Shown here: positions 1 to 11,448 of the stretch, one piece after another
Layout of the letters: every line of letters begins with the position of its first letter
How positions within the stretch are numbered: position 1 is the stretch's first letter
From: Eledone cirrhosa
Taxonomy: Eukaryota
Assembly (NCBI GenBank): GCA_964016885.1
Contig: OZ024743.1
Coordinates: forward strand, 16,988,001 to 17,052,000
Length of the DNA: 64,000 nucleotides
Direction of reading: 5' to 3'
Notes under the pieces: model-generated
What the model was told of the DNA's origin: nothing
Databases searched by the model: none
The model's input: only the letters and a program-made list of their open reading frames with translations
Made by a program: the position numbers and the translations under genes

Positions 1-1541
1 TCATTATGTTTAACTTCCTGCTCCCATATTCCTCTCCAGAATTTTTTAGTTTGTTCCGCCTCAGGGATAAAGTCGTTGCCTCTTTCTTTCCCTTCAAGCT
101 GTCCAAACAGCATCTTCTGGTTGCTGTCGAACATGCGGTTCTGTCTATACTGACTGACTCTGTTCTCGTATCGCCTGATGTTTGCACTCTTTGCTACAAT
201 GCGTTGCTTCAGTTCCTCTATGATAATATTTAGCTTTTTCCTACTAGTTTTGTACTTTATTTCCAGTCTATTTTTAGTGTCTATGTTTTTTAGTGTCCCA
301 TTCAGTAGGGACTCAAGCTTTCCAATGTCATTTCTCATTTCCCTGATTTGAACACTCAGTCGTTTCTTCCACCAAGGCTCTGCTCTTTCTTGTCTGTTGT
401 TTCCTCTCGCTTTTATACCAAGTGGTTTCAGCACCGTATTTGCTGTTGCTTTGAGGATAGTGTTGCACTGTTGAAGGCTTCTCGCCTCAAGGTATGGGAT
501 GACTTTGTTTACATTAACAGTTGTTTCTTTTAACTTTTTCCTGTTTACAAATCTTAGGTTCATAGGTCTCCCACTATCATTGTTCAATTCTTCTACCACT
601 AAGTTTAGGATATCAACCAAATCTTGTCCTAGCCTATCAGCATTCATCTCCTCAGTGGCCGTATCACTGTTCCAGTTATTATTTATCTCAGCATTCAGAT
701 CATTGTCTGCTTCGGGTGGTTCCTCCGTTCTCTCGACCTCTTCACCTTCATTTCCCACTGGCTCGTTTGCCTGGCATACTCCACTCTCCATATCCAAGCT
801 AATCTCTCTGCTCAGTTCCTCCAGTTCCAGCTCGCTTATCCACCCATTAGTTCTTATTACCCGAGCCTGCCCGGCCAATTTTTGTTCATCTAATTTAAAT
901 AGACCAATCTCGTTCCAGATGTTATGCATCCTTTTCCTATAGCCTTTCTCCTTGGGATTACTCTTCAGGTAACATTGCATAACAGTTATATTCAATTCTT
1001 TCGTCCAGTTGGTTCTGGTCCCTTTCCTTCTTCTTCTTCCTCCGACACCAGCAGTATTTGGTTGACAGCCAGGTCCCTGCTGCTGAGCCAAGGAGCACCT
1101 GTTGGGTGAGAGTCTGTCACATGGCATTCCAGTCTCCATTTCAACGTTATTCGAACTGTTTAGGTTCGACATTTAAACACTCTTATCGAGGATTGGCGAA
1201 TGTATGGTTACATAACCACCGGTGAATTCATCGTCTCCGGTGGTTCCCTCACTCCACGTGATTTTTCTGTGGCATTATCACGCTGTAGACGAACATAAAT
1301 AAACAAACAAACAGGCAAAAAAAAACCCAAAAATGAATAAGCATAAATTTCATTGCAATGTAGTGTTTGAATGTCTGACTTAGTTTTTCCCTTCCCTTCT
1401 CTGTCTGTCTGTTTGTTTTTGTCTTCATTCTTATTTTCTTTACGTTTTTCGTTGTTGCTGTGCTGCTTTGATTTTGATTTTTGTTTTTTTGATTTTGACC
1501 GGGTCATCAATTCAGTTTATTTATATATTTTGATGCCTTCC
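1..1541 (-). mobile_element. R4/Dong-like RLE non-LTR retrotransposon, family A copy 1 (5' part; runs off window start)
   Basis: Near-identical to 49220-50742, which carries RT and RLE domains. ORF start ATG TCG AAC at 1172. The leader may extend to about 1680. Confidence 0.9.
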
Positions 1542-1797
1542 TCTTTTAGTGGGTGTTCTACGATGTAGCAGGGGGTAGCGGGAGAGAATAACGACGGTAG
1601 TGATAATGAGGCAGTGGTGGTGGTGGTGGTGGTGGCGGTGCTGTGCTAGCAGCAACTAGCAGGAGGTAGTGGGAGATAATAGTGTTTATAAGGTCACCAA
1701 ATTTGCTTTCGGAAAAGGACCCTCAAACAGATTGGGGCCTTGAGCCCAACATTTAAACTTTTATAATTATCAAACACAAAATTAGTTTCAAAAAAAC

Positions 1798-3688
1798 ATG
1801 GACGACTCACAGCTACACCAGGCTGACAGCCTTCCTCACAAACTAACAGCTCACACCAACACCACTATTGTAAATATTACTACCTTTGCCAACACTAACT
1901 ATATAAGCAGTAGTATTAATTTAGATTTATCTCCTGCAGACATTCATTTCCCGCCATTAACAATGACTGCAGGTGTTGAAGCTGCCACCCCCACCACCAC
2001 CACAGCGACAACAGAAAAAAAAATTATCTCGTGACATCGAAATGGATTCACTCATAATCAACTCTTCCACACCGGACACCACTGACGCCACCACCACCAC
2101 CACCACGACTGAAACTAAAAATAACAATAACAAAAACAGCAACAACAACAATGAGATTAACAACAAAAACATCAACACCACCGTAAATGTGTCATTTGCC
2201 AAAGCAGCCAAAAAATGCGAAACAATCCAGGTAACTCAGGAGAAATTAGATGAAGCCAAGAGAATGGTAAATAAAGATGGGTACATGGTCAGCCTACCCT
2301 CCCCCCCCCCCCAATAATAAAATGGAGCATCGGTGCCTACGCACCGTGCCTTATCGGAAGAATAACATAAATCGCGCCGAGTGGAACGGGCATCCGAGTC
2401 CCAAATCCAAAAAGCTTTGGGATATGTGTGGGTTAAAAACCTCACATCAGACGTGGGCAGAATTATGGAACCGTGGACGTGTTCTTTGGGACACCACAAG
2501 AGGCCAGAGAGCAATCCATGGCCCCATTAAGAAGCGACGACTTCACACTCGTCCCAAGCTATTGAGTACAGAGACTCGTAAAGATCAGGGTGACCCACGT
2601 TCCAGTGGCCATAGAAATTCACTGGCTAATGGCTGCCGTCCTCGCCGGCATCAAGGCCAACACCAAAATAATCGAAATAGCTAAAGAAAAGTAGGAGAAC
2701 TGGTCCGGATCTGGGATAGATCTCCTGATCCAAGCGGACCAAAAAAGCATTGAGGAGATCCCAAAGGTAATAGACCTCACTGACGGCAGCCACCTCACCG
2801 TAATCCTCGAGGGTAGAAGGTCTAGGTGTGTCGTTTGTGGTGAAGGAACCCACCTAAGAGTTTTCTGCCCTCAGGGTAAAAAGTTGAGGCCACCTATCTT
2901 ACACACCCCAGTGACTCAACCATCATCACCACCAGCAGCAGAAATGGCTGCAACAACAGAAGCAGCTGCAACAACAACAACCTACACCACCCAACGAGCC
3001 AGAACTAGCACCAGCGCCTACACCATCCACCGCGCCACAACCAAAACCAACCTGTGGAGGATTTTCCACTCCCCGACCTATCGCAACTGGAAACAGATTG
3101 TGACGACGAGGATTGGGAAACGGTACCAGGAAAAAAGAAAAAAAAGAAAAAATCGCCTTCCTTCCCCCTCCAGAAACAAAATACAAAGTGAAACAAATAA
3201 ACTATGAAACAAAAAAGTTAGGACAGCTATGCCACCACCACACCAGCATCACCAACAAATCACCACAAACACCAACACCATCACCATCATTAATCCCAAC
3301 ACCACCATCACCAACACCACAACAGTCACCAAAAAGCGAAACAGAAACAGACCCACAACAAACGCAAACAAAGCAAAACAACCAAAACAATACACACTAC
3401 ACAGCATTAAATTTGAACAACAACCAATTATTACACTACATGCAACACAACACCAGCATCACAGAAAAAGACTACACAACAACCTAAAAGTTCACACCAC
3501 CCCCACACATACAAATCACTCGCATCACACAGAAAACGTACACGACACTAAAACAAAAATTCCCCAAAGACATCGAAGACTTCCGACAAGCACTCTCCAG
3601 GATGACTTATAAGGACATCCTTCCGGAGGAGGGTGCAAGCAGTTAAAAGATTGGAGAAACCATGCTTCCTCTACGAGAAGTTAGGTAA
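1798..3688 (+). pseudogene. Tx1 ORF1 (T/N-rich N-terminus, RRM-like region, single zinc knuckle), disrupted
   Basis: CVVCGEGTHLRVFC knuckle at about 2827-2868. C-terminus LKQKFPKDI...LPLREVR*. Frameshifts and stops present. Confidence 0.8.
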
Positions 3689-3722
3689 GTTGTCTTTCCC
3701 ATCTTTTCCACTCCATTTCAAC

Positions 3723-6700
3723 ATGCGCGTGGCTTGGGTTCGTCATGGAGGCAGGGTCACCTGCTCAACGACCTCAGGTCACTAAACATAGATGTAGTAG
3801 CCATCAGCGAGACCAGTATCTCCGAAGCACGGGCCTTCGCACCGATATTCGACGGCTACGATGTGTACGCATCTCCCAGCCGTCCGGGATCGGGGGGTGG
3901 AGTTGCTGTGCTTTTTCGGAGAGGTTTGGATCTTGCCATACGGGCCATCTTCCTGGACCCAGAAGGTAAGTTGGTGGAGCTGGACGTGACCAGCGGAGAC
4001 GGGCAAGGTTTCAGGTTAGTGGCCGTCTATGCCCCGACAGGAGCAGGGCGGCCTGATTTCTTCCGGTGTCTAGAGACCTTTCTTGGAACGTCTCGCTCTT
4101 TAGTGTTAGTGGGCGACTGGAACGGGATCTGAGATGCACGCTGGGATTGTGTGGGATTAGTGGATAGTGAAGAAGGGTGCAAGAGTCTCACCAACCTGCT
4201 CAGGCGTTTTGAACTGTCTGACAGGTACCGATTGGATTTCCGGAATGTACCAATGTGGACTTGGACAAATCGCATAGGGTCATCCAGATCATATCTAGAT
4301 AGAGTATTTTGTAGGGAAATCGATAGGTCTAGCATAGGCTGTCCATAATTCAAGATAGTCAGCTACACGGACCACAAATTCGTGATCTGTGTGCTTGACT
4401 TAGATAGGCTTCATAGACGAGGACCCGGCGACTGGAAGCTAAACGCGTCCTTTCCAGCGCGCAAGGCCTACAGTGACCGGATTAGCGAACTAGTTAAGCG
4501 GGCGTTGACGGGGGCCATCGTCAACAACAAGTTGTGGTTTGCTCTGAAAAGAGCAATTAGAATAGAGTCCATTAGGTTTAGTAAGGCTTTAGCAATAGTG
4601 AAAAATAAAGCAGAGGGAGAATTAGTTAGAAAATTAGACGAGGCGCTTTGCAAAGGCATAGCGACCGACGTACTTGCGGCGTAATTGGCCCTTGACCAAT
4701 TCTTCAATGCAATGATTAAGGCTGCGTTGTCAGAGCTAGGGTGGGTGCTCTCAGACACGAGGGGACGAAAGCTGTTCGATGGGCCCGAGTGGTGGAGGCG
4801 CGTCGTCGCAACAAAGCCACGATCCGGTCTTTGGTGGACCACGACGGGCGCATGCTACTTGATCCCGGGCAAATGTGTGAAGATGTTCAGCGACACTTCG
4901 CTCAGCTGTTCGGGGGCAGTGGCGTGCCGGATCGAGGGATGGACTTAAGTGTCTACCTCCACGGACTGCCGCGGCTCTCGGCCACTGAGACGGAGTGTTG
5001 CGAAAAGCCGATAACAGCCGCTGAAGTACGGGAGGCATTGACTGGCTGCACAAGGGGTAAATCGCCTGGTTTGGATGGTCTGCTCTATGAACTTTACGTA
5101 CAAATGCCAGACTTGTTCGGAGGCCTCTTGGCGGACGTCTATTGCAAGTGGCAACAGAACGGGAGAATTCCCAGCTCTGTGAGCCGAGGAGCGGTGGCGC
5201 TGCTGAGAAAGGATCCGAACAAGGGGGATAACATAGATAATTTTAGGCCCATTATTCTGCTAAACACAGAGTTAAAGATTTTGGCCAAGGTGCTAGCAAA
5301 GAGGTAGGCGCTTGTCGTTGGTGGTCTGGTGGGAGAGGCGCAGACATGCGCCATTCCCGACAGATCCATCCACGACAACCTCCACCCCATGCGATACTTC
5401 GTAGAGAGGGTAGCTAGGGAACCTGGCACGGGTGGGTCCTTGATCAATTTAGATCAGTCGAAAGCCTTCGATAGGGTCGACCATCGTTACCTAGCGGCAG
5501 TCCTGAGGGCGGCTGGCTTTGGGCCCGTCTTCAGAGGCTGGATCGCTGCCATACACAGCGACATCTGCTCTGTGGTGAGAGTGAACGGTCACCTGTCGGA
5601 ACCGTTCAACATCATGCGCTCGGTCCGCCAAGGATGTCCCCTCTCGTCCCTCTTGTACGTATTGACTCTCGAGCCATTACTTCACAAACTGGAGACGTTG
5701 AGGGGGGTCCCGCGCGAACTAGGATGCGGAAGGTCCGTGTGGACGATGTCACCGTAGTGGTGTCGAACGCCAAACACATCGAGGCTATCGGCACTACACT
5801 AAGTGAATACGAAGCGGTGACAGGAGCAATGATCAACCAGGAAAAGTCTGTGGGCCTACAGCTCGGCACCTGGAGAGGCAGTTCCATGCCGTCCAACATC
5901 GTCGTCGGGTGCTGGACGGACGGACCGGTAAAATTGCTGGGGTCTGGTTCGGTCTGGACCTCCAGACGGACAAAAACTGGGACGAGGTGACGAGCAGGGT
6001 GACTTCTCTTACCCATAAATGGGCCGAGAGGAAGCTATCCGTGAAAAGTCGAGCGGAGGTGGCTAACGCGTACATCGCGTCCGTCATCTACTACCGCCTG
6101 ACCGTCGTACCTTGTCGTAAGCCCCGCCTGACTGCGCTGGAGCGTTTGCTCTTTCGCTTTTTGTGGAAGGGACGCGCTCCGATTGTCAGGCGGTCCATCT
6201 GTTTCAACACCCGCTACGTGGAGGGCTGGGCATGCCGTGGCTGATGATGCGCAGACACGCGCTCAGGCTACGACATCTCCACCTCTTCCTCGACTGTGAT
6301 CAGGTGTGGTCGCCGTTTGCTAGACACGTCTTTCCCCAGCTCGTCTCCTTGACGGAGCTGCAGTCCTGGGTCAAGCGAAGACCGAGTGGGAGCGCTTGGA
6401 GACCGGAATGTCTTCAGACGCTCACAGCCCTCGACCAATCGGGCAATGTGATCGGTGGAAACTCCACCTTGGCGTTCTATTTAGGATTAGTGGAGGGGAA
6501 GAGCGACGACGTACTTGGAGAAAATCCAGGCGTCGACGAAAATCAACTAGCCAATCTCTTCGGAAGGACTTTCGGGCCAGGGCCTATGGACAACTTCCAG
6601 AAATCCCTGGCCTGGCAGTGCTACCGGGGAGCTTTGCCAGTTCGGGATAAACTCTACAGGCATGGAGGTGCCGTCAGCCGGGCATGTCTGATTGCGCGCA

Positions 6701-7101
6701 GGCCGACGAAACCGTCCTGCACGCACTCGTCCAGTGTCCGAGCATTGCTGACTTGTGGGTTTATGTCGAACACCTGCTGTCAAGTGTAGGACGGATCCAT
6801 CTATCAGCTGAGTCCATCGTGAGGATTGCACCGCCCTCTTCCTTTAGCCGGGAAGGGTAGGACATTTTTTATCTGTCTGGTGGCCATGGCGAAAGAGATA
6901 GTATGGTGGATACGTTTGAAAGGGCTGAAGACGAGCACTTATCTCTTCGGTGATGCCCTGATTAACTTTTTCAAATTTCATTTGAAAAGGAAAATCAGGG
7001 TAGAGAGGGAAGTGCTCTCTTCCCAGCATTTTGTTGAAAGATGGGTGAGAGAAGCAAGTATGGCCCGAATGAATGGGCCTACTCTGAGTATCTGTCTGTA
7101 A
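3723..7101 (+). pseudogene. Tx1 ORF2 (APE endonuclease, RT, zinc finger), disrupted
   Basis: ISET, GDWN, SYLDRVF, TDH, KSPGLDG, FRPI, DQSKAFD, RQGCPLS motifs. YADD region partly deleted. Confidence 0.9.
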
Positions 7102-7348
7102 ATTAAAGGTGGAAAACTGGGAGAGGGCACTTGCCCTCGTGGTCAGGGTCACTGTGGTCTTTTAATGGGCTTTCACCACAAATGTCCCTCGGAAGTCTCC
7201 CCCCCTATTGGGGAATTTTTCTTTGTTATTTTATTACATCCTCTGTTTTTTTTTTTACACGCAGAAATGCCCATTTGTACCGTCCTGTATTGTCCTGTAC
7301 TGTCCTTAATGTCTACTTTATGTGAACCCTTGTGGTTAATAAAGAAAA

Positions 7349-7350
<2 letters not shown>

Positions 7351-7401
<51 letters not shown>

Positions 7402-7410
7402 TATTGTTGT
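7351..7410. repeat. (TTA)n microsatellite between Tx1 3' end and Dong 3' end
   Basis: Direct reading. Confidence 0.95.
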
Positions 7411-10400
7411 TGTTCTTTGAGTCTCAGTCATTGATGTTTTTTTAACTGGAAAGTTTGTTGAAATGTATATCAAGCCGCTACCTGCAGCCTCAGGTATTCA
7501 GGACGTATTGGAGGCTTCTTGCTTCTCCCAGCACGCATGGCTTTTGAAATGTTCCATTAGCCTTCATTCTGTAGCTTTTTATGGTCTCCTCTTTTTAACC
7601 AGTTCCATGTCTGTGGAGCTCTAAATTCAGTTTTCTTAAGGAAGGTACTATGAAGGGAATTTTTATGAAGGTTGCTCTTCCACCTTGTTGTTATTTCCTC
7701 CTTGGACTATCTCCTGGTCTATTGTCTTCTCCTTCAGTACAATTTTGAGCATTTGCACAGTACTGTCATTCACATATTGGTGTAGGTTCTTTTTTCTCCA
7801 TCTGAACACAATCCTCTAAGCTGATAAATCCCCCTTACACCTTCAGATCTCTTTAAGTAGAGTATATCGAGATCACTCCACTTGTGGAACATGTTGTAGA
7901 TAGTCAAATAGCTTCCTAGACTTTCTATCCATTTCTTTTTGTTCAGCAACATTCCATTTCATAATTCCCGCACTGTACCTAATAATAGACACAGCTCGGG
8001 AATTTACTGCACTTATGACATTCCTACTAATTAGATGTGATTGTAATACGCTCCTTACTCTCCTAATGTACTCAGATCATATCACTTCCTTCATTCTTTT
8101 GTTCTTGATGTCATCTGCCCCATTCAGTGTCAATTTACTTCATCATCTCTCCTGTTGATACCTGGATTCCGTTGCTTCTGCTCGATTTACACATTTTCAG
8201 GACTAAGACTCCACACTTATTTATACCAAATTCAATACATATATCATTGCTGAAAATACGGACAGTGTCAACAAGTACATGCAACTCCTTCTCACTCTTT
8301 CCAAAGAGTTTAAATCGTCCACGAAGAGGAGGTGGTTGATGGTAAGCTCTAATTTTCCCAACGTGTATCCTACTCTCATTTTCGCAATATAATGTTCAAT
8401 GGTATCAGGGGAAGGACAAACAGCAGAGGGGACAAACTATCTCCCTGGAAGATACCTCTCTTCATCTTCACGCCTCCCAAGATTCTTCACCAGATGTTAT
8501 CTCTCTTTCCCAGGACTTCATACTTTTCCTCAACAACTGTCTCATGTTATCTGCCACCTTGAAGATCTCTACGCTTTTGGTTATCCAAGAATGAGGTACC
8601 ACGTCGAATACCTTTTTGTAATCTATCCATCTCATGGACCCATGGAAAGACGAGTGTATCTCCTCTTGCAATTCTTCATTACCATCTTATCAATAAGTAA
8701 CTGGTCTATTGTACCAGGGGGCTTCTTTCGGCATCCTTTCTGTTCGTCCGGTAACAAGTTGCTTATGTGGAGGTGATGATAGATTTTCTCAGACACGATG
8801 CTTGTTTACAGTTTCCCCATTAAGGACAGACATGTGATAGGCCTATAGTTGATAACATCATTACCCTTGATTCAGTCTTTCATTACCAGAACTGTGGTAC
8901 CTTTTACCAACCACTCTGTTACTTCACCCGACATCAAGCAGTCATTGAAGATGGTTGTCAGTTTCAGGTGGATAGATGTTATATGTTTAATCCAATACCC
9001 CCGCACACCATCTGGGCCTGGTGATTTCCAGTTGGTTAGTATTTTGGCCTGCCCTTTAAGAGTTTCAACTGTGATACTCAAATCAGTTTGATGGTGTGCA
9101 TGTTCACTAAACTCCTTTTGTACTGTCTCCATCCACATTGCCTGACTATTATGTTTAACATCCTGCTCCTATGTTCCTCTCCAGAATGTCTTAGTTAGTT
9201 CCGCCTCAGGGATCACTTCGTTGCCTCTTTCTTTCCCTTCCAGCTCTCCAAACAATATATTCTGGCTGTTGTCAAACATGCCGTTCTGTCTACACTGACT
9301 GACTTTCTTCTCATACCGCCTAATCTTTGCACTTTTTGCTGCAAATCGTTGCTTCAGTTCCTGTATGATAATATTTAGCTTTTCTCCCCAGTTTTATATT
9401 TTATTTTCAATCTATCTTTAGTGTCTATGTTTTGTAATGTCCCATTTGGTAAGGACTTAAGCCTTCCAATGTCTTTTCTCATTTCCTTGATTTGACCATT
9501 CAATCGTTTCTTCCACCACGGTTCTGATTTTCTTGTTTGTCGTTTCCTCTCGTTTTTATGCCAAGTAATTTTTTCACCAGACTTGCGGTTGCTTTGAGGG
9601 TATTGTTGCAATGGTGAAGGTTCCTCGCCTCAAGGTTTGGGATGACTTTGTTTACCTTAGCTGTTGCTTCTTTTAACTTTTTCCTGTCTATACATCTTAG
9701 GTTCATAGGTTTTCCACTATCATTTTTCATTTCATCTACCACTAAGTTCAGGATATCAACCAAATCTTGTCCTAGCCCGTCAGCATTCATTTCCTCAATA
9801 GCCGTATCTTTGTTCCATATGCTATTTATTTCAGCATTCAGATCATTGTCTGCTTCGGATGCTTCCTCAGGTATCTCAACCTCTTCACCTTCATTTCCCA
9901 CTGGCTCGTTTGCCTGGCATACTCCACTCTCCATTTCCAACTTAATCTCTCTGCTCAGCTCCTCCAGTTCCAACTCGGCTATCCATCCATTATTTTTTAT
10001 TACCCAAGCCTGCTCCGCCAATTTTTGTTCATCTAATTTAAATAGAGCAATCTCGTTCCAGATGTTATGCATCAGTCTCCTATAGACTTTTTCTATGGGG
10101 TTACTCTTCAGGTAACATTCCATGACAGTTCTATTCAATTCTTTCGTCCAGTTGGTTCTTGACCCTTTCCTTATTCTTCTTCCCCCAACACCAGCAGTAT
10201 TTGGATGACAGCCAGGTCCCTGTTGCTGGGTTAGGTAGCATTTGCTGGGTGAGAGTCCTTCGCATGACGTTCCAGTCTCCTTTTCCCCGTTATTCGAACT
10301 GTTTAGGTTCGACATTTAAACACTCATATCCAGGGTTGTTGAATGTATGGTTACGTAACCACCGGTTATTTCTTCACCCCCGGTGATTTTAGCGTGGCAC

Positions 10401-10470
10401 CTTCACGCTGTAGACGAACATGAATAAATAAACAAATAAATAAATAAAAACATAACAAATAAACATAAGT
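7411..10470 (-). mobile_element. R4/Dong-like element, family A-related copy 2 (decayed; CCHC/RLE region deleted)
   Basis: ORF starts at 10315 (MSNLNSSNN). Motifs WKSPGPDG, WIDYKKVFD, QGDSLSP. About 0.6 kb missing near 7555 versus the 47030-47610 segment of copy 3. Flanked by (TTA)n on both sides. Confidence 0.9.
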
Positions 10471-10682
10471 TATTATTATTATTATTCTGCGGGGGAAAAG
10501 GTTCGTAACTTTAAGCTGTTTTAAAGTGTCATTATTTGTATTTTCTTGTCGTTAACGAAGCTTAAGGTACACATCTTGAATTAAAGAAAGGGATACCTCT
10601 CAATATTCGGGCTTTGAGCCCGAATATTCAAATTTATTTTTAAAAACTTCGAAAAAAATCACTTCCCCACCAAAAGAAAATT

Positions 10683-11439
10683 ATGGAAATGTTCGACCTT
10701 GAAACGGTAAACAACGTTCAGGTCAAAAGTTTAACGGCAGCCATTGTAGATTTCACCACGACTACGACGGCTACAGTCATGCCTGTCATCCACTCTACTG
10801 AATGTGAGGGCAAAACTCAACCTTCTGTGATAGCAGCAGTATCATCTGAAATCGACATCACCACCACCACCACCACCATCACCACCACAATAACAACTCA
10901 GAGCAATAACGACAATAACGACAATAACACCTCCAAGATCCCCGAAACGCAAACAACCTAAACAAACACAAGTACAAATAAACACACAAATACCTGAAAT
11001 TGCAGACACCACACCTACAACAGACATAGATATACCCGAATCAACACCACCAAAACCATCGCCACCACCTTCACCAAAACGAAAACAAATAAAACCGCAC
11101 CAACAAAATGTTAAAAACTTCGTGCTTGTCAGAAGGGCCAACGATAAACTGATGGCCCTCTTAGCGCGAAGCGAGGAAATTCAAGCAGGGGGGGGGGGGG
11201 GGATTTTTGAAATGAGCACATTTTGCGTGCCAGAAGATTTGCTTCTGGTCCGAATGTCACTCAATTCCTTCAAAGAAATTCGAGAGAGCTTTCCTCAAGA
11301 CGTGGGAACCCCGAATGTGAAACCCACATCAAGACTTTTAAAGGGGTTCCCAAAAGAAACCCCACTAACCATGGAGGTCGAACCACCCGACCTTCACAAG
11401 TACCGGGAGGTAAGTAAACCTTCCCTCTCTCTCTCTTAG
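10683..11439 (+). pseudogene. Tx1 family 2 ORF1 (short; no knuckle visible)
   Basis: T-rich N-terminus. C-terminus IRESFPQDVG...YREV aligns to family 1 KFPKDIG...LREV. Confidence 0.6.
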
Positions 11440-11448
11440 CTTACCAAT

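Larger units (their letters stand above)
1681..7350 (+). mobile_element. Tx1/L1-clade LINE, family 1 copy 1 (near full length, decayed)
   Basis: ORF1 with CxxCxxxxHxxxxC knuckle, ORF2 with APE, RT and C-terminal zinc finger remnants. Ends AATAAAGAAAACA then (TTA)n. Homologous to 50808-56336 and 56369-61969. Confidence 0.93.

Noticed and set aside
499-942. 147-aa plus-strand ORF repeated at 9642 and 49716
   Set aside because: It is the antisense shadow of the Dong-like ORF with a non-ATG start. Recurrence is explained by homology of the host element.
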